Positions 61,201-64,000 of a stretch of DNA of 64,000 nucleotides are shown piece by piece. Location: NCBI RefSeq assembly GCF_030028105.1, contig NC_092375.1, positions 33,269,130 through 33,333,129 on the forward strand, in the 5' to 3' direction. The translations under genes were made by a program, and so were the position numbers. The DNA comes from Mobula birostris (lineage: Eukaryota). Below the pieces are notes generated by a model. It was not told the DNA's origin. It saw only the letters and a list, made by a program, of their open reading frames with translations, and did not search any database. Position 1 is the first letter of the stretch; each line of letters begins with the position of its first letter.

Positions 61201-61925
61201 TGGAGGGATTTGGATGGCGGAGAATGAGTGTTGGTGAAACATTTCTTGAGCTCTTCAAAAGCAGTAGCAGACCAAGTTATCCAAGAGTAGGTAAGAGGAG
61301 CAGTGATTTGGGTGTAGTTTCTGATGACATGGCAGTAGAGGTTGGAGAAGCCCAAGAAATGCTATAGCTGTAAGAGGGAGCGTGGTCGGGGCCAACCAAC
61401 AACAGCAGTCATTTTCTCTTGGTCCATGGTTATGCCTTGAGGTAGTTCTCTAACTTTCAGTACAGCTTGTTTTCAAGGAGATGCTGAAGCACTGAACAGA
61501 TGTGACAAATGAGGTCTTGGGGGTCTTTGGAGAATATGAGGATGTCATTGAGGTAGATGAACACATAACTGTGTAGCTGGTTCTGGAGGATCTCATGAAT
61601 GAAGGCTTGGAAAATGGCTGGGCTGTTGAAAGATCCGGAAGGCATCACCAAGTATTTGTAGTGACCAGTGGGTGTTATAAGCACTATCTTCCAGTCATCC
61701 CCTAGGATCAGGTTGTACACACTCCATAGATCCAGTTTGATGAAGATCTGGGCCCCACAGAGTGTTTCAATAGCACTATCCATCAAATGGAGGGGGTAGT
61801 AGTTCATGGTGATTTTGTTGAGTCCATGGTAATTAATGCAGGGACAGAAACCCATATCTTTCTTTATGACAAAGAAGAATCCTGCACCAGCTGGGGACTT
61901 GGATGATTGAATGAGGCTGTGTTGT
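58243..61925 (-). mobile_element. Chromoviral Gypsy pol remnant (RT, RNase H, integrase, chromodomain), split by a CR1
   Basis: CINYHGLNKIT..KLDL..YLVMP..YLNDILIFS; [15 protein letters not shown]; DQFSKAAHF..GYHQQANSQSERANQ; YLVD*KGCGSEE at 58243-58282. Confidence 0.9.
59535..60853 (+). mobile_element. Young 5'-truncated CR1, same subfamily as 35151-36470
   Basis: Near-identical RT and tail; TSD GACAG at 59530-34 and 60854-58; slippage filler (ACTCAGA repeats) at the 5' junction. Confidence 0.95.
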
Positions 61926-61934
61926 AGCAGCTCG

Positions 61935-62480
61935 GCTTTCCCATAAATATCATCTCGGTCTACAAACCCCCTAATGAACCATTCATGTGGCCACCTAACC
62001 TAGATCTCCAGGACTAAATGTACCTCACTATTGGTGACTTCAATAGCCATAGCACCAACTGGGGATATGAAAATGACGATGCAAATGGAGAAGAAGTTGT
62101 ATCATGGGCTCTAAACAACAGCCTTGAGCTACTGTACGAGTCAATGGACACCCCTACCTTCACAAGTGCCAGATGGAGAAAAAGGATACAACCTAGACCT
62201 TTGTTACCTCGGCAAACTCCAACCTCTTCACATGAACAGTCCTCCAACATATACCCAAATCCCAACACCATCCAGTCCAGATAGAAACCCTTCCAGTTCT
62301 GAGATCTGTACCATCAAAGTACCTACCAAGATTTAACCTGAGAAGAGCAAATTGGACATCTTTCGCAGAATCCCTTGATCAACGTATCGATACCATACTA
62401 CCAGAACCTGATCATTATGATGAATTTGTCCACCTATCTGGAAAGTAGCGCAGCTAGAGACTGCATGTGGAAGAAAAATA
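61935..62480 (+). mobile_element. Ingi/Vingi-like (I-group) LINE endonuclease fragment
   Basis: IISVYKPPNEPF..IGDFNSHSTNWGY..NGEEVVSW..TFTSARW..GYNLDL..FNLRRANW. Confidence 0.65.
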
Positions 62481-62489
62481 GTAAGACAT

Positions 62490-62976
62490 TGTGACGAACA
62501 TTAAGGGGTTAATGACCTTTTTCTAGTATGTGAATTCAAAGCCTGTAATCACTTATCTGCAACTAATGTACACTGTGTGACTGAAATATGCTTTGTAGAC
62601 GGGATGGGAAAATAACTATGTCTGTGTTTCCTTGTTCTAAGAATGATCACATGTCTGCGCTTGGGGAAGCCTGATAGACTGTCCTGAGAACTAACACTTA
62701 AGAAAATGTATAACCTTTCAAGGACATATTGTGCAGCTTCGCTATTCTGCAGAATTGTAGTTTAGGTTCCTCCTTACAGTTTTGAGTGCTTCTTGTCACG
62801 TACGTTTTAGAGGTATAAATAAGAGTGTACTCTATTGTTAAGCAGAGTTCCAAGATCCCGCTTTTAGGTGCTTGGGATCTCCATGATATCATGTAAATAA
62901 AATCCTTTGGTCTGAAACAACTCTCTGAGTCAGCCTGATCTATTTTGCCTGATGCTCCTGAGATTTATCCGCAACA
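62490..62976 (+). mobile_element. 5' LTR of an endogenous retrovirus-like element
   Basis: TGTGACG...CGCAACA ends; TATAAA at ~62813; AATAAA at ~62896; immediately followed by a PBS. Confidence 0.88.
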
Positions 62977-62979
62977 GTT

Positions 62980-62997
62980 TGGCGACAAGGATGGGAT
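62980..62997 (+). promoter_or_regulatory. Primer binding site complementary to tRNA-Ser(GCU)
   Basis: TGGCGACAAGGATGGGAT; one mismatch to the recalled vertebrate tRNA-Ser(GCU) 3' complement TGGCGACGAGGATGGGAT. Confidence 0.85.
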
Positions 62998-63122
62998 CCT
63001 CTTAAGCGTCTGCTTCCTCTTAAGTTGGAGGGGAATTTTGAAAAGGTGCTAGTTAGCAGGATCCAAAAAAGAACCCAAGGCGGAAAAGGCAGAAAGATGC
63101 CTTTAAAGTTGGGAAGGAAAAT

Positions 63123-63290
63123 CAGTCTCCCAGCTGAAAGGGGGAGACTGGTGGCCTGTCTCCTAGCTGAAAGGGGGATGGTGGGGGGGGCGTAGGCAAA
63201 TCAGTTTCCTAGCTGAAAGGGGGAGACAGGTGCCCTGCGCCCTAGCTGAAAGGGGGGCGGTGGACTCGTGGGAGTACCAAGGTAGCTACC
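63123..63290 (+). repeat. Four repeated stem-loops plus a 10-bp palindrome in the ERV leader
   Basis: AGCTGAAAGGGGG four times, each flanked by complementary arms; GGTAGCTACC at 63281-63290. Confidence 0.8.
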
Positions 63291-63476
63291 AATTTATTCT
63301 GTGACCGAAGTCAGAGACTTGTGAAAAGACAGAGGAAACACACCAGTGAGTGCTCATTGTGTACATAGTGTGTATAAAGAAACGTTGTGCTGTCTTAACT
63401 GAAATTGAAATCCTAAACAGGAAAAACGGGAAGTGCGAGCAGTCTATCAGCTGGCACTGACCTTGCTAATAAATGA

Positions 63477-64000
63477 TTATATGAATAAATGATTAATGAT
63501 TATCTTCGTCAAATGAATCGGGTTCCAGTCACCGAAAGATGCCCCGTCTTCGCTCAGTTTTATAATTGCTTTAATCTCATCTTCTTTCCATTGTTTTGCT
63601 ATCCTATTTTGATTGTCCCCTGACTCCTCAGAGTTTGACATCTCATACCTCTGTTTTCTTTTCTTACTTTTCACTCCATTCCTCTTTCCCGCCACCCTCC
63701 ATCTCTAACTCACTTCCACTGTCCATCGACCAGCAATTCATCCTGCAGGATACTTTCTTTATCAACTCAGCAGTTGTGGCCTCCACGTTCTTTCACCTCC
63801 CAACTCAAAACTCTTCTCCTGCCATCAGCCTTATAAAGCTGTCTCCTTTTACACTCCCTTCGCTGTTCTAACTGGCTGACATCCACGTGCTTGTGCAGTC
63901 GTGCCTCCATCAAACAGCTGAAGAAATAACCGTCCCCTTTTAAATTCCTCTCGCTGTTCTAACTGGCTGACGCCCACACGCTTGCACAGTCATGCCTCGA
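63477..64000 (-). mobile_element. Nimb/I-type LINE 5' end: tandem-repeat 5' UTR and ORF1 start
   Basis: ORF1-like IKAIIKLSEDGASFGDWNPIHLTKII; ~91-bp tandem unit (tcgctgttctaactggctgac at 63860 and 63951). Confidence 0.6.

Noticed and set aside
63123-63260. Regularly repeated AGCTGAAAGGGGG as a CRISPR-like array
   Set aside because: Eukaryotic context, no cas genes, irregular spacing, and flanks are self-complementary stems inside an LTR-PBS leader.

Overview
Eukaryotic, repeat-dominated DNA, inferred to be from a cartilaginous fish (probably a ray). The inference rests on the CR1 families with esterase ORF1, V-type tRNA SINEs and Penelope-like elements seen here. Most of the 64 kb is nested, decayed transposon sequence. 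This comprises many CR1 LINEs, Rex1/Babar-type LINEs, a Hero-type RLE retrotransposon, Penelope-like GIY-YIG elements, two Gypsy remnants, an ERV 5' end, a probable solo LTR, Ingi/Vingi-like and Nimb-like LINE fragments, and Tigger, hAT and Tc1-type DNA elements. Nearly all ORFs in the track are transposon fragments or their antisense shadows. One host gene appears to run on the minus strand, from a CpG-retaining region at about 41.2-42.8 kb through small exons (31449-31506, 6519-6660, 1369-1477). These exons splice in frame into a type II membrane-anchor N-terminus resembling a Golgi glycosyltransferase. The most unusual signals are RNA structures: a hammerhead-like fold with non-circularly permuted strand order in the Hero 3' UTR, minimal hammerheads in Penelope terminal repeats, and a four-hairpin array in the ERV leader. 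A non-coding retroposon family with a YY1-like head is also notable. All family assignments come from motif recognition, not database searches, and boundaries of old elements are approximate.
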